Positions 63,152 through 64,000 of a stretch of DNA of 64,000 nucleotides are shown piece after piece. The stretch is taken from the NCBI RefSeq assembly GCF_006345805.1, contig NC_042999.1:113336001-113400000 (forward strand), in the 5' to 3' direction. Within the stretch, counting starts at the first letter, position 1. The number at the start of each line of letters is the position of its first letter. Source of the stretch: Octopus sinensis (taxonomy: Eukaryota). The notes beneath the pieces were generated by a model, which saw only the letters and a list, made by a program, of their open reading frames with translations, did not search any database and had not been told where the DNA came from. The translations under genes were made by a program, and so were the position numbers.

Positions 63152-63187
63152 CTTTCTGTGGAAGAGCGTAGGCTCGAAACGTTAAAG
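63152..63187 (+). ncRNA. Minimal type I hammerhead-like motif with variant core (CUGUGGA), inside a ~185-bp repeat (63090-63275)
   Basis: CTTT-CTGTGGA-A-GAGC gtag GCTC-GAAAC-GTT-AAAG; palindromic AACGTT in place of a closed stem III. Confidence 0.45.
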
Positions 63188-63274
63188 ACTTTTTTACTTC
63201 CCGAGCGTTAAACTAATACATCTGTTTGTTGTCTACACCACATGTCTTCGTTCTTTTTTTTGTGAATTCTCCCC

Positions 63275-63316
<42 letters not shown>

Positions 63317-63426
63317 CATACATACATATATACACATATATATACAGAGTAACAGTTTTTGTTGAATTTTCTGCTGCTTTAAATAAAGTATATATATATA
63401 TATATATATGTATGTAGAGAAGTGAA

Positions 63427-63501
<75 letters not shown>

Positions 63502-63973
63502 ATATATTTACATATATATATATTTATATACATGTGTGTGTGAGAGATTTTTCTATTACAAAATATGTTTTGGTCACAAGATAAGTCAAATTTATGCACT
63601 AAAACTTTTTCTCATACAAAAACCTCCATGTACCAAGTGATCATTTCCCTACTTATTTTCTTTTTTCGTTCTTCATGTAAAACTCACCTTGTTAAAACAC
63701 ACTAATATATTTTTCATTAAAACTATAATACAAAAACATCCATTATGTGAAAACATTTTTTGTATTTTTACATTCATACAGACATACATGCCTACACACA
63801 CACCACACACACATGCACACACACACACACAAACGCACATGCATACATACATTGAAAAAAACTATTTCTGTTAAAGATAAATAAAATTTAACTTATTTAT
63901 GCAAAAAATATATGTTTAAAAATGAACGTAGTTCAACCTTTTCTCTTTATTTTTCCTATATATACTGTAACTT

Positions 63974-64000
63974 GTAGGCGTGGCTGTGTGGTAAGAAGTT
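63974..64000 (+). mobile_element. SINE family A head (cut by window end)
   Basis: GTAGGCGTGGCTGTGTGGTAAGAAG. Confidence 0.7.

Overview
AT-rich, repeat-dominated eukaryotic DNA. The SINE families, (TA)n/(CATA)n/(AAT)n density and LINE types suggest an octopus-type cephalopod genome (inference, not verified). No intact protein-coding gene, rRNA, tRNA gene or CRISPR array is supported. Almost all ORF-track entries are translated microsatellites or chance ORFs. The window holds decayed mobile DNA: a FLYWCH-MULE transposon interrupted by an intron-containing, long-TIR Tc1, itself interrupted by an (AAT)n-flanked ~550-bp repeat; several mariner, Tc1 and pogo remnants; Penelope-like, CR1-like, R4-like (RLE) and L1/Tx1-like retroelement fragments; and three tRNA-derived SINE families (my labels A, B, C). 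The most interesting signals are (i) hammerhead-ribozyme motifs, one with a fully canonical core at 35702-35760, one inside a ~440-nt rod-like inverted repeat at 12.6-13.0 kb and one core variant at 63152-63187; (ii) two elements bracketed on both sides by one microsatellite type, (AAT)n or (GATA)n; (iii) a 3' tail shared between SINE A and a CR1-like LINE; and (iv) tandem and inverted SINE multimers. A few splice-site-bounded segments at 47.9-50.5 kb may be minus-strand host exons. All alignments and folds were done by eye, so boundaries are approximate unless exact motifs are quoted.
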